49,683 bases of DNA from an uncultured Bacilli bacterium (lineage in GTDB: Bacteria > Bacillota_I > Bacilli_A > RF39 > UBA660). The first letter of the stretch is position 1, and each line of letters opens with the position of its first letter. The notes beneath the pieces are model-generated. The model saw only the letters and a list, made by a program, of their open reading frames with translations, ran no database searches and was not told the DNA's origin. Location of the stretch: positions 1-49,683 of the forward strand of contig CALVLG010000001.1 in assembly GCA_944336815.1 (NCBI GenBank). Reading direction: 5' to 3'. The position numbers and the translations under genes are program-made. This document shows, piece by piece, positions 17,730-27,382 of the stretch.

Positions 17730-18637
17730 AAGACAAATTAACTTTGGTTGTTATGGCGGCAGGAATGGGAAGCCGTTTTGGAGGGTTAAAACAAATTACA
17801 CCTGTTGATGATGATGCCAATTTTTTAATTGATTATTCGCTTTATGATGCCATTAAAGCTGGATTTTCTAAAGTTGTCTTTATTATTAAAGAAGAAAATT
17901 TGCAAGATTTTCGGAATACGATAGGGAAGCGGATTGAGCAAAAAATAGATGTGGCGTATGTTTTTCAAAAATTGACTGATGTTCCTTCTTTTGTTACTCT
18001 TCCTAAAGATAGAGTAAAACCGTGGGGAACTGTGCAGGCTGTTTTAGCCGCGAAAGAAGAAATAGATGGCGCTTTTGCGGTTATTAATGCTGATGATTTT
18101 TATGGGGCTTCTTCTTATCAAATTGTAGCTGAGGCTTTAAGAAAATCTAAAGATGTAAATGAACAGATTGCTATTCCTTATCCTTTTTGTAATGTAAGTA
18201 GTAAATATGGTTTTGTTAAACGGGGGGTTTTATTTTATAAGGGCGATAATGTTTCTAAAATACTTGAATGTAGTGTGGGGTATGAAGATGATAAAGTCGT
18301 GGCTAAGCCTTTAGATGGCAGTGAGCCTTTTGAAATTGCGAAAGATCATCCTGTATCTATGAATATGTTTGGTTTTAAAAAAGAAATATTAGCTTATTTA
18401 GAAGAATATTTTGTTAATTTTATGGCTAAAAATCAAAATGATTTAGCTAATGTTGAAGCTTTATTACCTGTTTTTTTAGAAGAATATTTAGAAAGTGGGA
18501 AAATCACTTTAAAATATGTTTTAAGTGATGGTGTATGGTTAGGAATGACTTATAAAGAAGATTTAGAAGAAGTAAAAGAAAAAATAGCCGAGTTAAAAGA
18601 AAAGAAAGAATATCCGCGACAATTATGGGAGGGATAA
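17726..18637 (+). CDS. Sugar-phosphate nucleotidyltransferase family protein
   Basis: The N-terminal VVMAAGMGSRFGG.K signature is typical of NTP-transferase (GlmU/RmlA-like) folds. PWGT and INADDFYG motifs are also present. Confidence 0.65.
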   Translation: MKDKLTLVVMAAGMGSRFGGLKQITPVDDDANFLIDYSLYDAIKAGFSKVVFIIKEENLQDFRNTIGKRIEQKIDVAYVFQKLTDVPSFVTLPKDRVKPWGTVQAVLAAKEEIDGAFAVINADDFYGASSYQIVAEALRKSKDVNEQIAIPYPFCNVSSKYGFVKRGVLFYKGDNVSKILECSVGYEDDKVVAKPLDGSEPFEIAKDHPVSMNMFGFKKEILAYLEEYFVNFMAKNQNDLANVEALLPVFLEEYLESGKITLKYVLSDGVWLGMTYKEDLEEVKEKIAELKEKKEYPRQLWEG

Positions 18638-20684
<2,047 letters not shown>

Positions 20685-20686
<2 letters not shown>

Positions 20687-21458
20687 ATAATGTTAGTTGT
20701 TCTTTTCTTTCTAAAAGAATTTGTTCTATTTGAATTAATATGTTTGTCATAGTTTGATACCATTGCTCACCAAAAAATATTTTAGCTATTTGCAGTAATT
20801 CTTGATTATTAGTCATATATAAAGCGAAGAAATTAGCAAATTGTTCATCAAATGATAAATAATAGTTTGTTTTGTCTTTTTGATGATAATAATTATAAGG
20901 ATGAGAATATGGTAGGGTGAATGTTTGCCCATCTTTTGTTTTAAAATTGTTGACACCTAAATATATACTAGAGATTATATCTGATAAGGGAGCTAAGATA
21001 GCTTTGTTTTTAGAATTGCATATAGCTATTATTAGGGTTTTAAAATTGGCTTCTTTGTATAATTCATTATTTAAAGTGAAGTTTAGATTGGCCGCATTTT
21101 TTATATGTGCTTGTGTTTCTTTATTAAAATTTTCGAGATTATTAACAGGAATTTTTAAGGTGTTAAATAGATAATGACCAATTTCATGAAGAGATGCGAG
21201 ATTATCTGCTTTAGGATCAATTTCTAAAGCGTTAAATGTATATAAATAATGAGAACCATTTTTTGATGGGAAAAATTGAATAGTATCTCTTGATAATAAA
21301 AAGTTGGTAATTATATTTTGTCCAATTTCGTCTGTATAGGGATAAATAGTTGAAAATATTTCCCATAATTTTTCAATTGTTTCGGTATTATCACCTAAGG
21401 GTGTATTTGGTGGGAAAACAAGTTTGGTAAAAAAATCATTTTTGTATTCTTCAGTCAT
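20685..21458 (-). CDS. Hypothetical protein with HExxH motif (putative Zn-metallopeptidase-like)
   Basis: 257 aa with a single HEIGH motif (LASLHEIGHYLFN). There is no signal peptide or TM helix. It lies 9 nt downstream of trmB on the same strand. Confidence 0.45.
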
Positions 21459-21467
21459 AAGAACTCT

Positions 21468-22118
21468 CTAACTTTCAAAAATGGCATCAAGATAAAAAAT
21501 TGGTCGGCCTTCTTTATAATATTGTTTTTCATAATTTGTCATGATATTAGGAATTTTATTTTCATCATGATGTAAATCTAAACTTACTCTTTTAAATGTA
21601 TACCAATAGTTAGATAAACTTTCTAAGGAATAAGCAAATAATACTTTATTATCCGTTTTCAAGATAATATGTTTTTTCTTTTTAAATATTTTATCATAAA
21701 GTTTTAAATAGCTTTCATGTGTAAATCTTTTCTTTTCATCAATTTTTTTAGGCCATGGTTCACTAAAGGTAAGATATATTGTATCTATTTCTTTGGCAAA
21801 TATTTTGTCTATTTCTCTGGCATCTATACATATTAATTTTAGGTTTTTAAGATTTAAGTTTTCTAGTTTTTTAATACCATTTACCATTTGGGAATCATTT
21901 ATTTCTAAACCGATGAAGTTGCGGTTTGGATAAGTTTTAGCCATTTCAATAATAAAATCGCCTCTTCCCATCCCAAGTTCTAAATCAATAGGATTGTTGT
22001 TATTAAAAATTTCATGCCATTTTCCTTTATAATTTAAAGGATTATTTATGACATATCTTGAATTTTTAACTATTTGATCTGCATTTTTAATTTTAATATA
22101 TTCCATTTTTTGCCTCAT
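21468..22118 (-). CDS. trmB: tRNA (guanine-N7)-methyltransferase TrmB
   Basis: SAM-binding DLELGMGRGDF, IGLEI, and FSEPWPKK (the DPWPK-type motif). The alternative start is ATG at 22106 (MEYIK), preceded by GAGG. Confidence 0.85.
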   Translation of the reverse strand: MRQKMEYIKIKNADQIVKNSRYVINNPLNYKGKWHEIFNNNNPIDLELGMGRGDFIIEMAKTYPNRNFIGLEINDSQMVNGIKKLENLNLKNLKLICIDAREIDKIFAKEIDTIYLTFSEPWPKKIDEKKRFTHESYLKLYDKIFKKKKHIILKTDNKVLFAYSLESLSNYWYTFKRVSLDLHHDENKIPNIMTNYEKQYYKEGRPIFYLDAIFES

Positions 22119-22185
22119 TTCTTTTATTATTTTAGCAAATATTTATTTAAAAGTCTTTGTTTTTTATGTGAAAATTTGATTATAA

Positions 22186-22284
22186 AGTAAAGTGGTTCGA
22201 AAAATCGCCAAAAATGATAAAAAAGTGGTTCGAAAAATCGCCAAAAACAGTAAAAAAGTGGTTCGAAAAATCGCCAAAACATTG
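22186..22284 (+). repeat. Three tandem 33-nt direct repeats (candidate repeat-RNA or operator array)
   Basis: The units are:
- AGTAAAGTGGTTCGAAAAATCGCCAAAAATGAT
- AAAAAAGTGGTTCGAAAAATCGCCAAAAACAGT
- AAAAAAGTGGTTCGAAAAATCGCCAAAACATTG
A 24-nt core is identical in all three. A candidate promoter (TTGTTT-18-TATAAA, 22157-22186) would start transcription at the first unit. The array ends 43 nt before the ATPase ATG. Confidence 0.85.
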
Positions 22285-22327
22285 CTTTTTCTTTTTTGTT
22301 ATGTTATATTTTTTATGGTGATGTTAT

Positions 22328-23749
22328 ATGAAACGCTCTTTTTGGAATGATTTAGAACAGTGGTACAGTGGAGATATGCAAATGCCTTTAATGGTAATAG
22401 GGGCAAGACAAGTAGGAAAAACTTATTTAATTGATAAGTTTTGCAAGAGTCATTTTAAAAAGTATTGTTATATTAATTTGATGCAAGATCAAGATTTTGT
22501 TCATGCTTTTCATACTTTACCAGATTTTGCGTCAAAAGTATTTTATTTGGAGTCAAAATATAATGTTAAACTAGATGATAAAGAAGTTGTTTTGTTTGTA
22601 GATGAGGTACAAGAAAGTGAAGAATTTATTGAGTCTTTAAAGTTTTTTTGCGAAAGTGATAAAAAATATAAAATTATTTGTGCTGGCTCTTTATTAGGGG
22701 TTAAATTAAAAAGAGATTTTTCAAGTTCGTTTCCAGTCGGTAAAGTAGTGATCAAATATATGTATCCAATGAGTTTTCCAGAGTTTTTAGCAGCGACGGG
22801 AAATGACCGATATATAAAATTAATTCAAGAGAGTTTTATGAATGATAAACCACTTATAGAATCATTACATAAAATTCTTCTGGACTTTTACCATCAGTTT
22901 TTATTTCTTGGTGGAATGCCCGAGTGTATTTTATCTTTTGTAAAAAACAATCAAGATTTTATTTTAATGGATCATAATATCATTTCGAATATTATTCAGT
23001 CTTATTTTAATGATATGGGTAAATATACTTCTCAAAAAAATGAGTCATTACGCATATCTAGAATTTATCAAAATATTCCTTCGCAACTGGCAAAAGAAAA
23101 TCAAAAGTTTACTTTTGCAAAAATTGATAATAAGGATAATCGAAAAAGAGATTATATTACTGCTGTAGACTGGTTACTTGCTAGCAATTTGATTCTTCCT
23201 TGTTATGAAGTTACTAATCCAGTATTTCCAGTTTTGGGATATGTCAATTATGAAAATTATAAATTATATATGAATGATACTGGTATTTTGTGCTCTATGT
23301 TGCAAGTAAAAGATCATGAAGTTTTATTTGATGGTGATTATTCTTATAAAGGTGTGTTAACTGAAAATTATGTAGCTAGTGAGCTTTATAAAAATGAATT
23401 TCCTTTGCTTTATTGGACAAGAAAAGGTGAGAATAAAGCAATGAGTGAAATTGATTTTTTGATTCAGTTAGATAGCAATGTTATTCCTGTTGAGGTAAAG
23501 GCTAATCATAATACCCAATCTAAAAGTTTGATGGTTTATAGAGAAAAGTATCAGCCACCATATATGATTAGAATTTCTGCGAAAAATTTCGGTTTTGAAA
23601 ATAATATTAAATCTGTTCCATTATATGCTGTTTTTTGTATGAACGATTTAGTTAAATTAGAAAAAGAAAAATCACAAGAAAAAATGCGTCAGCAAAAAGA
23701 GAATATACAAAAAAAGCAAAAGGAAATTGACAAATTTTTAAATGAATAG
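22328..23749 (+). CDS. COG1373-type AAA+ ATPase with C-terminal DUF4143 / PD-(D/E)xK nuclease-like domain
   Basis: Walker A GARQVGKT and Walker B VLFVDEVQ. The C-terminal GVLTENYVASEL ... SEIDFLIQ ... VIPVEVKA gives a D...E.K nuclease-type motif. A Lys/Glu-rich coiled tail follows. Confidence 0.75.
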   Translation: MKRSFWNDLEQWYSGDMQMPLMVIGARQVGKTYLIDKFCKSHFKKYCYINLMQDQDFVHAFHTLPDFASKVFYLESKYNVKLDDKEVVLFVDEVQESEEFIESLKFFCESDKKYKIICAGSLLGVKLKRDFSSSFPVGKVVIKYMYPMSFPEFLAATGNDRYIKLIQESFMNDKPLIESLHKILLDFYHQFLFLGGMPECILSFVKNNQDFILMDHNIISNIIQSYFNDMGKYTSQKNESLRISRIYQNIPSQLAKENQKFTFAKIDNKDNRKRDYITAVDWLLASNLILPCYEVTNPVFPVLGYVNYENYKLYMNDTGILCSMLQVKDHEVLFDGDYSYKGVLTENYVASELYKNEFPLLYWTRKGENKAMSEIDFLIQLDSNVIPVEVKANHNTQSKSLMVYREKYQPPYMIRISAKNFGFENNIKSVPLYAVFCMNDLVKLEKEKSQEKMRQQKENIQKKQKEIDKFLNE

Positions 23750-23755
23750 TATATT
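23727..23755 (+). promoter_or_regulatory. SigA-type promoter of the lysS T-box leader
   Basis: TTGACA (23727-23732), a 17-nt spacer and TATATT (23750-23755). The -35 and spacer lie inside the last codons of the ATPase gene. Confidence 0.5.
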
Positions 23756-23764
23756 ATGAACAGG

Positions 23765-23975
23765 AAATGCGTTGAAAACTATAGTAGTTATAGAAATTCT
23801 TTTTTAGAGAGATGAGGGATGGTGTGACTCATTAGAGATTCTATAATGAAGAAAAGAGTGGGAGCATAAGCGTAATTCTGCGTTAAAGAAAGAAAGTGCA
23901 TGGCAACATGAATTAAGGTGGTACCGCGGATTTAACAGTTATTCGTCCTTTAGAGGAAGATAACTGTTTTTTATT
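23765..23975 (+). promoter_or_regulatory. T-box riboswitch leader (probable Lys specifier) with terminator/antiterminator
   Basis: AGAGA bulge and a distal loop GGATGGTGTGA in stem I. The canonical T-box is AATTAAGGTGGTACCGCG (23912-23929). The terminator is AACAGTTAT...ATAACTGTT plus a T-run (23933-23975). The specifier-loop region TGAAGAAAAGAG contains AAA/AAG followed by a purine. Confidence 0.8.
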
Positions 23976-23989
23976 TTGAAGGAGATAAT

Positions 23990-24256
23990 ATGGAAACACC
24001 TACTTGTAAAATTGCCTGGATTATTAAAACTTCAGCGATTGTGATAATATCAGTTAGTATATTTTTGGCTTTGTTTTTTTGCTTATTTGGCGCTATTTCT
24101 ATTTTAGATGCTATTCTTTTAATTATAGGCGGGATTGTGTCTTTTGCTATTTTATATGGTTATGCACATATTATTCAAGGAGTACAAGATCTTGTTTATT
24201 TAAAAAAATTGGAATATGAAGATGATGAAGAAGACGAAGAGGAGGAAGAAAAATGA
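23990..24256 (+). CDS. Small 2-TM membrane protein with polyacidic C-terminal tail
   Basis: 88 aa with RBS GGAGA. Two hydrophobic helices are followed by YEDDEEDEEEEEK. Its stop overlaps the lysS start (ATGA), implying translational coupling. Confidence 0.5.
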   Translation: METPTCKIAWIIKTSAIVIISVSIFLALFFCLFGAISILDAILLIIGGIVSFAILYGYAHIIQGVQDLVYLKKLEYEDDEEDEEEEEK

Positions 24257-25719
24257 GAGAATTTAGTGAACAAGAATTAGTAAGAAGAGAAAAATTAAAA
24301 AATATTAAAAATCCTTATCCTGAGAGGTTTGAGGTAAATACGGAAATAGCTGAGGCTAAAAATTTAGAAGATGGTACAACTGGTATTCGAGTTGCTGGCC
24401 GAATTGTTTTAATGCGTAAAATGGGTAAGATGAGCTTTTTAACTATTGGAGATATAGGTGGTCGAATTCAGATTTCAGTTAAAATGGATATGATTGGGGA
24501 AGAGGCTTATCAAGATTTCAAACAAAACTATGATTTAGGTGATTTTATTGGTGTTTTAGGTGAAGTCTTTACAACACATACTGGCGAGAAAACAATTCGG
24601 GCGAGTGAAATAACTTTTTTAGGAAAAGCATTGAAACCTTTACCAGAAAAATTTCATGGTTTAGAAGATGCCGAAATGATTTATCGTGAACGTTACGTTG
24701 ACCTTATTATGAATGAAGATGAAAAGAAAAAGTTTTTATTTCGCAGTGCATTTATTAAAGAATTAAGAAATTACTTAAATGATAAAGGCTATGTGGAAAT
24801 TGAAACACCTATTTTAAATAATAAACCAAGTGGGGCTACAGCAAAACCTTTTATTACCCATCATAATGCTTTAGATATTGATTTATATTTAAGAATTGCG
24901 CCAGAAACATATTTAAAAAGAGCTATTGTGGGTGGTTTTACCAAAGTGTTTGAAATTGCTCGTTGTTTTCGAAATGAAGGAATGGATACTACACACTTAC
25001 AAGATTTTACAATGATTGAAGGATATGGAGCTTACTTAAATTATAAAGATAACATGGTTTTCTTACGTGAACTTTTACAAAGTATTATTTTAAAATTATT
25101 TGGCACACTTAGTATTCAAGTGGGCGACAAAATGGTTGATTTAAGTGGCGAATGGCCAAGTGTAAGTTTTAGAGATTTGATTTTAAAATATGCGGCGATT
25201 GATATATATGAGGAAGATACTAAAGAAAAATTATTAGTAAAAATTCGGGAAATGCATATTGAAATTGAATCAGAAGTTCCGTTAGAAAATTTAGGATATG
25301 GAAATTTAGTTGATCAATTATATAAAAAGGTGGCGAGACCTCATTTAGTTAATCCAATCTTTTTAGTAGAACATCCAATTAGTTTATCACCTTTAGCTCG
25401 AGCAAATGATGAAAATCCTAATTTAACTGATCGTTTTCAACTTGTTATTAATGGAGCCGAGATTATTAATGCGTATTCGGAATTAGTTGATCCACAAGAA
25501 CAAGAAAGACGTTTAGAGGAGCAAGCACGCTTAAAAGCTCATGGCGATGAAGAAGCAATGCCAATGGATTATGATTACATTAGTGCAATGGAATATGGTA
25601 TGCCACCTATAAGTGGTTGGGGAATGGGCATAGATCGTTTATTACAACTTTTAACAAATAGTGATAATATTAAGGACGTTGTGATGTTTCCTTTAATGCG
25701 TCCAAAGGATCAAGAGTAG
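24253..25719 (+). CDS. lysS: Lysine--tRNA ligase, class II
   Basis: OB-fold N-domain. Class II motifs are present: FEIARCFRNEG (motif 2) and GWGMGIDRL (motif 3). RYVDLI and ETPIL are also present. Confidence 0.95.
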   Translation: MREFSEQELVRREKLKNIKNPYPERFEVNTEIAEAKNLEDGTTGIRVAGRIVLMRKMGKMSFLTIGDIGGRIQISVKMDMIGEEAYQDFKQNYDLGDFIGVLGEVFTTHTGEKTIRASEITFLGKALKPLPEKFHGLEDAEMIYRERYVDLIMNEDEKKKFLFRSAFIKELRNYLNDKGYVEIETPILNNKPSGATAKPFITHHNALDIDLYLRIAPETYLKRAIVGGFTKVFEIARCFRNEGMDTTHLQDFTMIEGYGAYLNYKDNMVFLRELLQSIILKLFGTLSIQVGDKMVDLSGEWPSVSFRDLILKYAAIDIYEEDTKEKLLVKIREMHIEIESEVPLENLGYGNLVDQLYKKVARPHLVNPIFLVEHPISLSPLARANDENPNLTDRFQLVINGAEIINAYSELVDPQEQERRLEEQARLKAHGDEEAMPMDYDYISAMEYGMPPISGWGMGIDRLLQLLTNSDNIKDVVMFPLMRPKDQE

Positions 25720-25741
25720 AGTTCTATTCTTGATTTTTTTA
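25709..25741 (+). terminator. Rho-independent terminator after lysS
   Basis: ATCAAGA ... TCTTGAT stem spanning the stop codon, followed by T7. Confidence 0.6.
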
Positions 25742-25807
25742 TTAAAAAAGTTTTAATTTTCTTTATTTTATAGGTATTTGTGCTATAATTTTAATGGAGG
25801 AGGAGAT

Positions 25808-27298
25808 ATGAAAAATTTGTTTAAGGAACATGACTTAGTAAAAATTGTTTCTATCTTGTTATTAGTTATTGTTATAATGACTTGGTTTATTCCTTTTGGG
25901 GAATTTGGTAGTAGTGCAGTTTTTACAGAAGGTGATGTTACACCTATTGGTATTGCACATATTATTTATGGCTTTATTTATTCCTTACAAAACTATGCTA
26001 TTCAATTTGGCTTTGTTTTGTTAATCGGAATGTTTTATGGTGTAGCTACAAGAACAGAAGGTTATAAAGCACTTGTTTCAAGAATTGCTAAAGCATGTGA
26101 TAAAATTGAAATTGTCGTAGCACTTGTTGTTTCATTCATTGTCACTTTACTTGCATCATTCTTGAATACAACTTATGTACTTTTATTTTTCATGCCATTT
26201 TTGGTTTCTGTATTTAGAAAAATTGGCTTTGATAAACTTAGTTCATTTGCTTTAACTTTTGGGTCTATTTTAGTTGGCGTTTTAGGTGCAACTTATGGAA
26301 CAGAAGGCTTTGTTGGGCTTGTAGAATACATTAATATGTATGGAGGGGAGTATACAATTGCAACCGAAATTGTTGTTCGGGCTGGCATCTTACTTTTAGC
26401 TTACATTTTGTTTAGTTTCTTTAATGTTTTATATATTAAGAAAAACTTTAAAGCAAATGATAAAAAAGAAGATGCTAAAGTTTTGGATGATAAGTTTGGT
26501 GTCCAAGAACCTAAAAAGAAAAATACCAAAATTTGGTTTACAGTTATTTTAGGAGTTATTTTATTTGTTGTAGCTCTTCTAGCATTTATTACATGGAATG
26601 CTACACCTAATGGAACAGAGATATTCGGAATTGAGGCTTTTGATACTTTCCATAATTCATTCATGAAATTATCGATTGGTGAAGATTTTCCAATTTTCCA
26701 ATATATTTTAGGTGGCGGCGGACTTGCTAATTTTAATGCCCCTTTAGTACCTGCCCTTGGTAATTGGTATTTATTTACTTATGCGATTGTAATTATTGCT
26801 GTAATGATTTTAATGGCTATTGCTTCTAAAATGAGCGTTCGTGAATTCATTTCTAATATTGGTGATGGCTTTAAGAAAGTAATTCGTCCAGCAATGTATT
26901 TAGTATTAGCATATATGGCCTTTATTTTCTTATATTGGGTACCAGTAATTCCAACTATCCTTAATGAAATTGGAAAGATGGCTTCAGGCTTTAATCCTTT
27001 TGTAGCTACACTTCAAGCATTTGTAGGAGCTTTCTTTAATTCAGATTTTGCTTATTTGAGTTTCTCATTAGCACCTTATCTTGCATCTTTTAGTGGAGCA
27101 GAAGGAAACTTAATTTTAGTTATCTTTACAACTATTTATGGTTTAGTTCAATTTATTACACCAATAAGTATGTTCCTATTATTTGGTCTTTCTTATATGA
27201 ATATTCCATATAAAAAATGGCTTAAATATGTTTGGAAATTCTTACTATGTATGTTCGTGTGCTTACTTGTGATTTTTACATTGTTAGCATATTTATAA
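25808..27298 (+). CDS. YfcC/DcuC-like (C4-dicarboxylate anaerobic carrier family) permease
   Basis: About 497 aa and polytopic throughout. ATG at 25808 follows GGAGGAGG, with a TGcTATAAT extended -10 at 25781-25789. The family call is from overall topology and N-terminal resemblance and is moderately secure only. Confidence 0.6.
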   Translation: MKNLFKEHDLVKIVSILLLVIVIMTWFIPFGEFGSSAVFTEGDVTPIGIAHIIYGFIYSLQNYAIQFGFVLLIGMFYGVATRTEGYKALVSRIAKACDKIEIVVALVVSFIVTLLASFLNTTYVLLFFMPFLVSVFRKIGFDKLSSFALTFGSILVGVLGATYGTEGFVGLVEYINMYGGEYTIATEIVVRAGILLLAYILFSFFNVLYIKKNFKANDKKEDAKVLDDKFGVQEPKKKNTKIWFTVILGVILFVVALLAFITWNATPNGTEIFGIEAFDTFHNSFMKLSIGEDFPIFQYILGGGGLANFNAPLVPALGNWYLFTYAIVIIAVMILMAIASKMSVREFISNIGDGFKKVIRPAMYLVLAYMAFIFLYWVPVIPTILNEIGKMASGFNPFVATLQAFVGAFFNSDFAYLSFSLAPYLASFSGAEGNLILVIFTTIYGLVQFITPISMFLLFGLSYMNIPYKKWLKYVWKFLLCMFVCLLVIFTLLAYL

Positions 27299-27323
27299 GA
27301 TTACTGTAATGGTAATCTTTTTG
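27298..27323 (+). terminator. Rho-independent terminator after the permease
   Basis: AGATTAC-TGTAATG-GTAATCT followed by TTTT. Confidence 0.55.
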
Positions 27324-27382
27324 TATAAAAATTCTTCTTTTTTCCCTATATTATCATAGAGTGAATAAAGGAGGATTTTTTT

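Noticed and set aside
22186-22284. Known operator types in the 33-nt repeats: CtsR heptad repeats, CIRCE, LexA Cheo box, DnaA boxes.
   Set aside because: The unit contains GTTCG but lacks the paired CGAAC-N4-GTTCG of a Cheo box. It does not match GGTCAAA heptads, the CIRCE inverted repeat or TTATCCACA.
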